From NCBI GenBank assembly GCA_963809895.1, contig CAWELD010000003.1:3104001-3168000 (forward strand): a stretch of DNA of 64,000 nucleotides. The letters run 5' to 3'. The notes below the pieces were generated by a model that was given only the letters and a program-made list of their open reading frames with translations, was not told the DNA's origin and did not search any database. The position numbers were made by a program, and so were the translations under genes. Shown piece by piece: positions 1 to 10,388 of this stretch. The DNA comes from an uncultured Gemmatimonadales bacterium (GTDB taxonomy: Bacteria; Gemmatimonadota; Gemmatimonadetes; Longimicrobiales; Gaopeijiaceae). The stretch's first letter is position 1. The number at the start of each line of letters is the position of its first letter.

Positions 1-243
1 CGGCCACGGTCTCGTCGCTGGTGCTCCAGGAGAGCGAGCGCCCAGTAAGGACCGTGCCGTCGGCGGCCCGCAGGGTGGCCTCGAGCTGCTCGGTGGCCGG
101 TACGGTGAGGGGAGCGGTCGACGGGGCCTCGACCGTCACGGTGGCCACCGGCTTGGTCTCGGGCATCGCCGGAGTGGTGGGATCCTTGTCCCCCCGCAGG
201 CGACGACGAGGAGAAGCAGCGTGACCGCAAGACGTCGAGACAT
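1..243 (-). CDS. Lipoprotein with Ig-like (Big_2-type) domain, 5' part only; runs off the window edge
   Basis: Manual translation from ATG at 243: MSRRLAVTLLLLVVACGGDKDPTTP...VATVTV...QLEATLRAADGTVLTGRSLSWSTSDETVA; lipobox VVAC; upstream AGGAG. Confidence 0.7.
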
Positions 244-431
244 GGTGGCCCTCCTGGAGCGCGTCTATTCTCTCACGCGCAAACCGCGGTCGGGAGGGAT
301 CACGGGGCTCGAAACGCTCTCGGGCGTCGGCGCACCTTCGCGACTTCCGTTATGTCTCAACGGGGCGTCGGCACCAACGATCGTCGCTCGCAACCGTGAA
401 GACCCGGGACTCTGGAACTGGAGCGTGGACG

Positions 432-1412
432 ATGACGAAAGACCAACGAAACGCACCGGAGCTCTTCGATGCCGGCGACATCGACACAGCATCGGAGAAG
501 CAGTTCGTTGAGCGGCTGGAGGGGGCGATCGTAGCAGCCCCTCGCCGAGGGCGGCCGGCACTGCTCCGGAAGCATCTCCTCCCGGAGCACTCGGAGTCGG
601 GCCAGAAGGCCTTGGCACGTTATTCGACCTACGTCGAGCGAAACGCGGAGGTGAGCTGCGATCCCGAGAACCTCTTCACAGCCGACGACTGCCCGACGCT
701 TCCGCCCCTCGATGCCATCGGGCAACGCTTCGTGCCCCCGTTCGCGGCTGGGCGCATGCTCTATCGCCGGGTCGACGGCAGCGGAACGATCTTCTCGAAG
801 GCGATCGTCACCGAGGCCTCGGCCTGCATCGACGCCATGTCGCCGAGCGGGGAGGAGCGTGCGGTCGCCGGTTTCGGCATCCCCTTCCTCCCTCGTTTCA
901 GGACACTACCCAACCACCGTCTGCGGATAACCGCCCATCTCCACGGCTTCTGGGAATGGGACAACTTCTGGAGCGGCGACGGCCCGGTACGTCGGTGCGG
1001 ATTCAAGAACCGCGGAGTGGTGAAGCTGATCGTGCCAGGTGTGGCAGGCGCACTGCGCGAGTGGGTCCTCTTCGATTCGGAGTGCGAGGGATCGCGGCAG
1101 GGAGCCCTGCCCGCGGCGCTGGATCTCGAACTCCCGGCGAGCCTGCCTGCGCGCGTGTACGTGGCCTGGCTCCTGATCGAGGCGCGCATCGAGCCCCCGA
1201 AGAGCGGATTCCTCCTCTGCCTCGACGCGCTCGCCGACGACAACCGGCCCCCGGGGGTGGCGCCCGAGGAGTGCGACGACGTGGCGCAGGCGAGCTCGGG
1301 AATCACCATGGCCGCGTGCGCCGTCGACTTCGTGTATCGGGAGCGGACCATCCAGGACATCGACCGGGATCGCCTCGCCCAGGAGCTGAAGGACCGGGTT
1401 CGCCGGCTGTGA
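432..1412 (+). CDS. Hypothetical protein
   Basis: Long ORF with GC3-biased codons; no motif recognised; start could be 396. Confidence 0.55.
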   Translation: MTKDQRNAPELFDAGDIDTASEKQFVERLEGAIVAAPRRGRPALLRKHLLPEHSESGQKALARYSTYVERNAEVSCDPENLFTADDCPTLPPLDAIGQRFVPPFAAGRMLYRRVDGSGTIFSKAIVTEASACIDAMSPSGEERAVAGFGIPFLPRFRTLPNHRLRITAHLHGFWEWDNFWSGDGPVRRCGFKNRGVVKLIVPGVAGALREWVLFDSECEGSRQGALPAALDLELPASLPARVYVAWLLIEARIEPPKSGFLLCLDALADDNRPPGVAPEECDDVAQASSGITMAACAVDFVYRERTIQDIDRDRLAQELKDRVRRL

Positions 1413-1430
1413 GGGGATCCCCGCCCTGCC

Positions 1431-2820
1431 TCAGAAGCGGATCACCCCCAGCCCGTCTTCGTAGTCGATCTCCGTCCCGAAGGGCGCGGACAGCTCCTGC
1501 AACCGCGTGATGATGTCCCGGGCCCGCTCACCTTTCGCCGCCAGGGGCCGGCCCCGTTGTGGACGGGCCAGTCCGAATCCGAGCGTGATGGGATGCAGGT
1601 CGATTCGGGTCAGTCGGCCATCTTCGAAGCGCGGCGCCGCGACCACCGCTTCCCAATAGGTGGCCCTGGCCGGAAAGCTCCCGTTCGACTGCTCGATGCG
1701 GGCGTCGTAGAACTCGCCCGGGCAGCGCGTCGTCGCCCAGGCCCACGCTCTCGTAGTTCTCCCACGGCTGCAACTCGACGGTCTCGTTCTCCATGAGGAA
1801 GTCGCCCAACGAATAGAAGATGGGCCGCCCCTTGTAGATCTCCACGCCCCGCAGCACGTGCGGACCGTGCGCCACGAACACGTCTGCGCCGGCGTCGATG
1901 ACCGCATGGGCGAACTGGACCAGGAAGGCCTCGGTGTTCGCGCCTCCCTGGTGGGTGTGGCTCGAGACGATCACCCAGTTCGCCTGCCGCTTCGCGTCGC
2001 GCACCGAGGCCGTGATCGCGTCGACGTCCACCGAGTCCGCGCTGTAGTCCGTCGCGTACGAATCCCCACGGAAAATCGTCGCTCCGAAGAGTCTCATGCG
2101 GGCGCCGGCTTGCGCCGGAACCACTCCCCCCGAACCCCAGGTCGCGTCGCAGGTCGACCAGCTGCTGGAAGCGATCGTCGGGAACCGTATAGGTCGTGCG
2201 GACGTGGAGGGGACTCAGCCCGGCCGGCCGCGCATGTCCTTGCGTTGGGGCCCGGCGGGGTTGAAGTCCGCGAACGTCGACGCCACCGACACGAGGGCCA
2301 CCCGGCCGCCGGGCGTATCCAGGTAGTGCGGCGCCCTCGCCGCCGCCAGGTTCTCGCCGGTTCCCGCAGCGACGAGCCCCGCTTCTCGAAGCCACTTCAG
2401 GTTCGCCCGCAGCCCTCCGTAGCTGTAGTCGAGGGAGTGGTTGTTCGCGGTGCTCACCAGATCGATGCCCATCCAGGTCAGCTCCCGGGCGAGCTCCGGC
2501 TCCGCCCGCATGTACGTGCCGCCGCTCTGTGAGGCCGGGATCACCTCGGGCTCGTCGTAGTCGAGGAAGAGCATCTCGGCGTTGACGTACGCGGCGGTGG
2601 CGCCGCGCAGGACGTCGCGGATCTCCAGGAACTCCGGCTCCGAGTACACCGAGAGCTTGCGCGTGATGATCGCATCGCCCGCGAGCGCGAAGGTGATGTT
2701 GCCGAGGGCGTCCTGGTGGGGCTGGGCCTGCTGCTGAGCGGGGAGTGGAGCCGCCAGCACGGCCAGAACGGTCAGGGCGAGGCTGACAGCAGGGGATACG
2801 CGTGGGCTGGACGGTGACAT
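1431..2820 (-). CDS. CapA/PGA_cap family metallophosphoesterase, secreted; split by about 3 indels
   Basis: Motifs LAGD, ANNHSLDY, SSHTHQ, AHGPHVLRGVEIYKGRPIFYSLGDF spread over ORFs 2215-2877, 1528-2124 and 1431-1907. Confidence 0.85.
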
Positions 2821-3037
2821 CGCAGCGCCTCCGGGGCGGAGTGGATCTGAGCCGAACAAGGGGTCGCGGGCGATCACGGCGCAAGGCGAGGTGCCGACAC
2901 GCCCGTGGACCGGAGGGACGCCGAGCGCCGCGTGGCGACGCCTGTAATCCCCCTGAGAGGTTTAGTCTCGATATTGCGGCGCGGATGTCCGCGCCGCTTC
3001 CGGCCCGGCGCCCGCGGCCTTCGCACCGAGGTGACGT

Positions 3038-4108
3038 ATGAAGACGGCTCGAATCCTCTTTCCGTCCCTGGTCCTGGGAGTGATCGCGTGCGGGTCCGGA
3101 AACCGCACGACGCCGGACGACGCCTCCTCCACGTCGGTACCGACCTACGGGCCCGTGGCGACCGTCGCGGTCGGCGGCGAAGGGGGCGGGTGGGACTACC
3201 TGTCGGAAGATCCGGCGGCGCGGCGCCTCTATGTGAGCAACGGAACCCGGGTGGTCGTCATCGACATGGACGCCGACTCCGTGGTGGGCGTCATCGACAA
3301 CCTGCCGGGCGTCCATGGCTTCGCCGTGGCTCCGGACCTCGGCCGTGGGTTCGCCAGCAATGGCCGCGAGAACACGGTGGCCGTGGTGGATCTGGCGACG
3401 CTTCAGATCCTGGCCCGGGTGCCGACCGGCGACAACCCGGACGGGATCCTCTTCGAGCCCGACTCACGCGAGGTCTACGCCTTCAACGGTCGCGGGCATT
3501 CGGCCACGGTCATCGACGCGGTGGCCGACACCGTCGTCGCCACCATCCCCCTGCCGGGCAAGCCCGAGTTCGCCGTCTACGACCCCACGGCCCGCCGCAT
3601 CTACAACAACATCGAGGACCAGAACGAGATCGTGGTCATCGATCCCTCGAGCCACGAGGTGGTCGCCACCTGGCCCATCGCGCCCGGTGAGGCGGCCTCC
3701 GGGCTGGCCATCGACGTCGCGCACCACAGGCTGTTCGCGGTCTGCGACAACGGCCTCATGGTGATGGTGGACAGCGAGACCGGAACCGTGGTGCACACGG
3801 TGGCCATCGGCGAGGGGCCCGACGCCGCGCGCTTCGATCCTGCGACCCAGCTCGCCTTCAGCTCCAACGGCGGCGACGGCACCGTCACCATCGCGCACGA
3901 GGACTCTCCCGACGAGTTGAGGGTGATCCAGACGCTGTCGACGGCGCGGTCCGCGCGGACGATGACGCTGGATCCGTCGACCCACCGTATCTACCTGTCC
4001 GCGGCCGACTTCGGCGAAGCGCCGCCTCCCGATTCCACCGGGAGGCGGCGGCGCGCACCCATGGTGCCCGGCTCGTTCAAAGTGCTGGTGTTCGGACCGG
4101 GCATGTAG
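3038..4108 (+). CDS. YncE/YVTN beta-propeller lipoprotein
   Basis: Lipobox VIAC; GGWDYL...RRLYVS, GVHGFAV, ARTMTLDP propeller repeats. Confidence 0.85.
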   Translation: MKTARILFPSLVLGVIACGSGNRTTPDDASSTSVPTYGPVATVAVGGEGGGWDYLSEDPAARRLYVSNGTRVVVIDMDADSVVGVIDNLPGVHGFAVAPDLGRGFASNGRENTVAVVDLATLQILARVPTGDNPDGILFEPDSREVYAFNGRGHSATVIDAVADTVVATIPLPGKPEFAVYDPTARRIYNNIEDQNEIVVIDPSSHEVVATWPIAPGEAASGLAIDVAHHRLFAVCDNGLMVMVDSETGTVVHTVAIGEGPDAARFDPATQLAFSSNGGDGTVTIAHEDSPDELRVIQTLSTARSARTMTLDPSTHRIYLSAADFGEAPPPDSTGRRRRAPMVPGSFKVLVFGPGM

Positions 4109-4120
4109 CCCCGGGAGGGG

Positions 4121-4658
4121 TCAGCCGTTCGGATCGACCCTCCGCCAGACGTCGTCGGCATGCCTGCGGACCATCCGGTCAATCCTGCTCCCACTGCCCC
4201 TGCTTCGCGTAGTCGATGAGGTAGGACGCTTCGTAGATCACCGGTGACGCCGACGCACCTTCGGGGATGTCGGTATCGCTGATCGCCCAGATCTCGTCGG
4301 TGTGTTCCTGGATCATGGAGAACCACGTCTCCCACACCTCCGGGTCCATGCGTTGGTACAGCGCCTGCTGGAAGTCGCCGAGCGCCGCCCAGTTCGGAGC
4401 GACGAAGTTGTAGCGCACGTTGTACTCGCCACCGGTGTCGTGCACCCAGAGATCGTAGGCTTGCAGGGTACCTTCGGCCACGAGCGAATCCAGGACCGGC
4501 ACCTCGTGCTGCCGGTAGTCCGCGATCCACGCCGGGATGTCGGGAAAGTCGATCTGGAAGTACATGGCGTAGACGCGGGGGCCGTCAGTCTGGGCCGCGG
4601 CCGGACTCGGCGCGAGAAGCAGAGCAGCGGCCACCAACAGCAGAGCGAGACGTCGCAT
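4121..4658 (-). pseudogene. Secreted two-repeat protein whose second repeat appears internally deleted
   Basis: ORF 4179-4658 has a signal peptide and stops just after the second repeat begins; an out-of-frame tail MVRRHADDVWRR (4174-4121) parallels MIQEHTDEIWA of repeat 1. Confidence 0.5.
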
Positions 4659-4779
4659 GGAGGATCTCCGGGTCAGGGGGGATGGCGACCCTGCCACGCT
4701 CGCACCGGATCGCCCCCCGAGCCCTATCCCCTCGTCTCGACTTCTTGTCTGAGCGTCCCGGAATACCGACCGGGCGGCC

Positions 4780-7700
4780 CTACTCCGCCGAATTGCGCTT
4801 CAGCACGAAGTACAGCGTCGGCGTGGCCAGAAGTGACAGCAGCACGGAGATCGCCAGGGCGCCGATGACGGCGATGGCCAGGGGCCTCAGCATGTCGGCG
4901 CCCGAGCCCACGCCCCATGCCAGGGGGAGCATACCCAGGGCGGCGGCCAGCGAGGTCATGAGCACCGGACGCAGGCGGCGCCGGCCCGACCGGACGAGGG
5001 CCTCCTCGAGGCTCAAGACCCTCCGCCCGTAGATGCTTGACGAAGTCGAGGACCAGGATCCCGTTCTTGGCCACGATACCGATGCCGATGATGGCGCCCA
5101 GGAACGACACCACGTTGAACGAGGTTCCGGTGAGCCACAGCGCCAGCACCGTGCCGAACAACGCCAGCACGGCGCCGAAGACGATGGCGACGGGCTCGTA
5201 GAAGGAGCCGAACTCCAGCATGAGCACGGTGAACACCAGGGTCACAGCCATGAGGAGCACGAAGACCAGGTTCAGGAAGGACTCGCGCTGCTGCTGATAG
5301 AGCCCTCCGTACTCGACGGCACGTGGCGGGAGTGACGCGTCCGAGCCGAGGACCTGTCGGATCTCCGCCATGGTGCTTCCCAGGTCTCGCCCCTCGAGCC
5401 TCGCGGTGACCGCGATGTCCTGGCGGCCGTCTTCCCGCCGGAGCTCCAACTGCCCGGGCTCCTGCACCACATCGACGACCTGGGACAGCTTCACGAGGGC
5501 CCCCGAGGGCGTGCGCACCGGGAGATCCTCGACATCGGCCATCTTCTCGAGGCGCGTGGAGTCGACCTTGACCCTCACGTCGACCACGCGGTCCCCCTCC
5601 AGCACCGACGAGGCCGTCTGTCCCAGCATGGCGGTGTTCGCCGCGTTGGCGACGTCATCGGCCGTGAGGCCGAACCGGCGCGCGTCGGCGGGACGCGTAT
5701 GGAGGCTGATGGTGGGCCCGGTGTAGGTCAGGCCGTCGAAGACGTCGACCACACCGGGCACCTGCTCGAGCTTCGCGGCGACCTCGGGCCCGTGCTGCTC
5801 CAGCCACGTCTGGTCCGTGGAGTAGAGCTTCACTTCGATGGGGCTCGGGGCCCACATGAGATCCCCGATGAGATCCGAGAGGATCCCGGGGAACTCCCAG
5901 CTCACCCCGGGAATCTCGGTGTTGAACCGGCTCCGCAACTCGGAGATGACGTCGTCCGTGGAGCGCTTTCGGTTGGTGCGGAGCTTGACCAGGAAGTCGC
6001 CGGTGTTCGGTTCGGCGATGGCCAGCGCCAGCCGCGCCCCCGTGCGGCGGGAGTAGCTCTCCACCTCGGGGATGGTCCCCAGGATGTTCTCCGCCAGGAG
6101 AAGCTGACGATTGGTCTCGGCGAGGCTCGTACCCGGCTGGGTGAAGTAGTCGATGACGAACCCGCCCTCGTCCATGGGCGGCAGGAACTCGCTGTCCAGC
6201 TGGCGATAGACCCCGATGCCCAGCACAAGCACCAGCCCGCAGGCTCCCAGCGTCAGCCCGGGATGGTGCAGCGCCGGCCGCAGCGCGCGCTCGTACACCT
6301 CGATGACGCGGCTCAGCACCGGCCCCGCCTGATCGTGGATCGAGCCCGTCTCCATCTCCTCACCCCGGCTGACGAACCAGCCGGCAAGCGACGGCGTCAG
6401 CGTCGCCGCCAGGACCAGCGAGGTGAGGAGGGACACCACCATGGTCAGGGCCAGGGCCCGGAAGAAGACACCCGTGATCCCGTCGAGAAACGCCAGCGGG
6501 AGGAACACCACCACCGGCGTGAGCGTGGAGCCCACCAGGGGCCGGAAGATCTCGGTGATGCCCGCCTCCACCGCTTCGGCCCGCGTGCGCCCTTCCATGA
6601 GCCGTGTGTGGATCGCCTCCACCACGACGATGGCGTCGTCGATGACGAGCCCCACCGCCGCCGCGATCCCCCCCAAGGTCATGAGGTTGAAGGTCAGGCC
6701 CGTGAGCCGCATGGACACCAGCGTGATGAGGATCGTCACCGGAATGACCGCGGTGGCCACCAGCGTCGTCCCCCAGCTCTTCAGGAAGAGGAAGAGGATG
6801 ACCACCGACAGGACCAGGCCGAAGAGGATGGCCTCCCACACGCTGTGCACGGACGAACGCACGATCTCCGACTGATCGTAGAAGAACGCCAGCTTCATGT
6901 CGGGAGGGAGCTCGGCGCGCAGCTGGGTGATCTGGCCGCGCAGCGCGTCGGCGATGTTCAGGGTGCTGCCGTCGGGCTGGCTGCGGACGTTCAGCAGGAC
7001 CGCCGAGTGTCCGTCGGCGGTGACCACGTTGAAGACGGGCTCGGGACCGCGCTGCACCCGGGCGAAGTCCCTGATGCGGACCGGTCGCTCGCCCGGCGCC
7101 GTCACCACGAAGTTCTCCAGGTCCTCGATGCCGTGGACACGACCGTCCACCACCGTCAGGTAGAGGGTGTGGTTCTCTTCGTGCATCCCCGCGGGCGCCA
7201 CCAGGTTGTTGCTGTTCAGGGCATCGGTGACGTCGTCGAGGCTCAGGTGCGCGTTCTGCAGGAGGAGTGGATCCACCACCACCTGGTACTCCGGCGCCTT
7301 CCCGCCCACGAGATCGACGCGGGCCACACCGGGAATCTGGAGGAAGCGGGGCTTCAGGTCGTAGCGCGCTTCCTCCCAGAGCTTCGTGATGTCCCGGGTG
7401 TCGCTGGTGAGGCTCACCCCCACGATGGGGAAGGCGGCGAAGGTCAGCCGATGAACCGTGGCCACCGCCGTGGAGGGAAGGGTGCTCCGGATCTGGGCCA
7501 GCCGGCTCAGCACGTAGAGCTCCGACCGGACCATGTCCACCTTCCAGTTGAAGAAGACGTTGATCTCGGCCGAGCCCCGTCCGGTGGCGGACTTCACCGT
7601 CACCGTGCCCGGGATGTCCTTCATCGCCTCCTCGATGGGGCGCGTGATGCGCGCCATCATCTCGTCTCCGGGCATGACCCCGTTGTCCACCAGAACGACC

Positions 7701-7840
7701 ACACGCGGGAAGTCGGTCTTCGGGAAGACCGACGATGAGATGCTGGTCGCGGCGTACACGCCCGCCAGGCACAACGCGATGCTGATGAACACGATGGACA
7801 TCGCCTGCCGGGTGGCGAACTTGCCGATCACGTCAGCCAC
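4780..7840 (-). CDS. RND efflux permease (AcrB/CzcA family); one indel near 5020
   Basis: About 1020 aa; GLVIDDAIVVVE, GIVAKNGILVLD; C-terminal RRRLRPVLMTSLAA in the adjacent frame. Confidence 0.95.
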
Positions 7841-8897
7841 CCACCACGCGGATCTGGGTATCCGTGGGCAGGCCGTAGGCCTCGTCGGTCACGATCACCA
7901 TGCCCGCGCTCACGCCGTCGCCGGAGACCTCGGCGAGGCCCCGGTCCCGGAATCCCACGGTCACGGGCACGTGAATCGCCCGCTCGCCCTGCACCGCCAC
8001 GATCCAGGTTCCTTCACCCGCCCGCGTGATCACGCTCTCCTCGGGAACGACCAGCACATCGGGGTGTTCGGCCGCGACGATGTGGATCTCCGTGAACTGG
8101 CCGGGCATGAAACCCGAGCCCGGAGGCACCGCGACCTGTACGCGATAGGTGCCGTCCGTCGGATCCACGTCTCTGCCCAGGATCTTCACGGTGCCCTCGG
8201 GCACCGAATCACCCACGCCGAGCAGGACTCGCTGACCCACGGAGACGCCCCCGATCTCCCTGGCCGGGACCCCTGCGGTGACGACCAGGCGATCCAGGTC
8301 CACGACCTCGGCGAGCACCGTGTTCGCGTCGACGTGCTGGCCCACCTTCGCGTTCACGTGAAGCACCGTGCCCGAGAGGGGCGCGGCGAGGTTGACCCAG
8401 GCCAGCCCGGTCTCGGCGTCGGCGAGGTCCGCCTGGGCGGCATCGCGCGCCGCCTTGGCGTCCAGATACGCCCTCTGGGACGTGCCGTTGGACGCCACCA
8501 GCAGCTCCTGTCGCTGGAATGCGCTGTCGGCCGCATCGGCCGTCGAGCGCGCGCGCGTCAAAGCCGCCCGGGCCATGCGATCGTCCAGACGGACCAGGAC
8601 GCTTCCCTTCGCGACGCGGTGTCCTTCGACGGCTTCGACCTGCGAGACCACACCGTCCACGAAGGGCGTGATCACGGCGCCCGCCGCCGGCTCACCATCG
8701 ACCGCCGGCGACGGCTCCACGGTCCCGTAGGCCGTCACCGTGCGCCGGAGCCTAGCGGTACGGACCGTATCGACGTGCACCGCGACGTTGGGGGTCACCT
8801 CCTCTTCGGGCGGCCCACCGCGGCGCAGCCACACGATGGCGAGCACGGCCACCAGGACGATGGCGACGAGCGTCACGAGCTGTCGGCGGCCGATCAT
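7833..8897 (-). CDS. RND periplasmic adaptor (membrane fusion protein)
   Basis: N-terminal TM; lipoyl-like VEGHRVAKGSVLVRLD; APLSGTV; lies between TolC and RND. Confidence 0.92.
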   Translation of the reverse strand: MIGRRQLVTLVAIVLVAVLAIVWLRRGGPPEEEVTPNVAVHVDTVRTARLRRTVTAYGTVEPSPAVDGEPAAGAVITPFVDGVVSQVEAVEGHRVAKGSVLVRLDDRMARAALTRARSTADAADSAFQRQELLVASNGTSQRAYLDAKAARDAAQADLADAETGLAWVNLAAPLSGTVLHVNAKVGQHVDANTVLAEVVDLDRLVVTAGVPAREIGGVSVGQRVLLGVGDSVPEGTVKILGRDVDPTDGTYRVQVAVPPGSGFMPGQFTEIHIVAAEHPDVLVVPEESVITRAGEGTWIVAVQGERAIHVPVTVGFRDRGLAEVSGDGVSAGMVIVTDEAYGLPTDTQIRVVGG

Positions 8898-10354
8898 CGG
8901 GCGCCTCCCGCGGAGCCGGCGTCGCGCCGCGGATCATCGAGGGTCCAGGTCTCCATGTCCAGCGGCGTCTGCATCGCGTCCTCCAGTGCTCCGACGGCGG
9001 TTTGCGCCCGGGAGAGGGCGTCCAATCTGGCCAGGGCCGTGGCGACCGCCTCGGCCTGGAGACCCAGAAGGTCCAGGCGGGAGATCTCGCCCACGGCGTA
9101 GGCGGACTGCGCAGTGGCTTCCTGCTGTCCCAGGACCTCCAACAGGGTGTCCGCGGCCTGCACCTGCGCCGCCGCCCCACGGGCAGCGGACACGGCACCC
9201 TCCACCTCACCGAGCACCCGCGACTGGAGCGCCAGGAAGCTGGAGGCCGCCTCCTCGCGCCGCGCGGCCGCTTCGGCGATGGGTCCCTGATTCCGGTTCA
9301 GCAGCGGCAGGCTCAGCCCGAGGAGCAGCGTCCACTTGGTGTCGGACTGATCGAGCTGGTAGCCGGGCCCCAGGCTGATGTCGGGATACTGCTTGCGGAC
9401 TTCGAGCTGCAGATCCTTCTGGGTCGCCTCGTACTCCGCCAGCGACGCCAGGATGTCGGAGCGGTGCAGCATCGCCCGGCGGCGTGCTTCCACGTCCGGC
9501 ACCCTCACGGTCACCCCTGCCAGATCCGAGAAGTCCAGGGCCACGGAATCGAGGGCGGTGGGAGGCACCCCGATGGCATCGGCCAGAGCGCTGCGAGCCC
9601 GCACAGCGGCCTGGGTGGCGTCGAGGGCAGCGACCCGACTCTGGGCCAGCGCCACCCTGGCCTGGGTCACCTCCGTCGGCGAGGCCTCGCCGACCGCCCG
9701 TCTCGCCTCGAGAATGTCGAGGGATTCCGTGCGGATCTCACGCTGACGGGCCAACAGAGAGTCGGACTGGCGCGCCACGAAGAGGCCGGTGAAGGCGTCT
9801 CGCACCCGGCTGCGCACCTGCCAGGCGGCCGTGAACAGGTTCAGTCGTGCCGCCTCCGAGCGCTGGCGGGCGGCGGCGACACGGATGCCGCGCTTGCCCG
9901 CGACCTCGATGGGCAGCTCGAGCGAGACCTCGGGAATCCAGGGGGTGACCTCGCTCGAGGAGGTGGTCACGTTGTAGCCCGTGCCCGCCGACAGGGTCGG
10001 GTTCGGTCGGCCGCCGGCCGTGAGGACGCCACCCCGCGCCACCGCCCAGCGGGCGCGAGCCACGTCCAGCGCCGGGCTGAAGTAGAACGCGGCCAGGGTG
10101 AGGTCGTTCAGCGTCCATGCCGCCGGCGGCCAGGATGCGGCCTCACCCCTGGACGCCAGGAACTCAGCCAGTCGGCCGTCGTCGAGACGCCGGGCCTCGA
10201 AGTCCTCCAGGTTCTCGGCGGGTGAGATGGGGCGTGCGTGGTAGTGCGCGCACCCCGCCATGGAGAGGACAACCCAGATCAGGAGAGCGGCGATACGGTG
10301 TGCGGGCCGTGGCCGCCATCCCCCGATCCTGACTGTTCGGCCGTTTGGAGTCAT
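8894..10354 (-). CDS. TolC-family outer membrane efflux lipoprotein
   Basis: Lipobox MAGC; helical OEP repeats (PNPTLS, YPDISLG, LSLPLLNRNQGPI); first gene of the operon. Confidence 0.9.
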   Translation of the reverse strand: MTPNGRTVRIGGWRPRPAHRIAALLIWVVLSMAGCAHYHARPISPAENLEDFEARRLDDGRLAEFLASRGEAASWPPAAWTLNDLTLAAFYFSPALDVARARWAVARGGVLTAGGRPNPTLSAGTGYNVTTSSSEVTPWIPEVSLELPIEVAGKRGIRVAAARQRSEAARLNLFTAAWQVRSRVRDAFTGLFVARQSDSLLARQREIRTESLDILEARRAVGEASPTEVTQARVALAQSRVAALDATQAAVRARSALADAIGVPPTALDSVALDFSDLAGVTVRVPDVEARRRAMLHRSDILASLAEYEATQKDLQLEVRKQYPDISLGPGYQLDQSDTKWTLLLGLSLPLLNRNQGPIAEAAARREEAASSFLALQSRVLGEVEGAVSAARGAAAQVQAADTLLEVLGQQEATAQSAYAVGEISRLDLLGLQAEAVATALARLDALSRAQTAVGALEDAMQTPLDMETWTLDDPRRDAGSAGGAR

Positions 10355-10388
10355 GATCCAATCTCGGACTTACGTCCTTGCATGCGGA

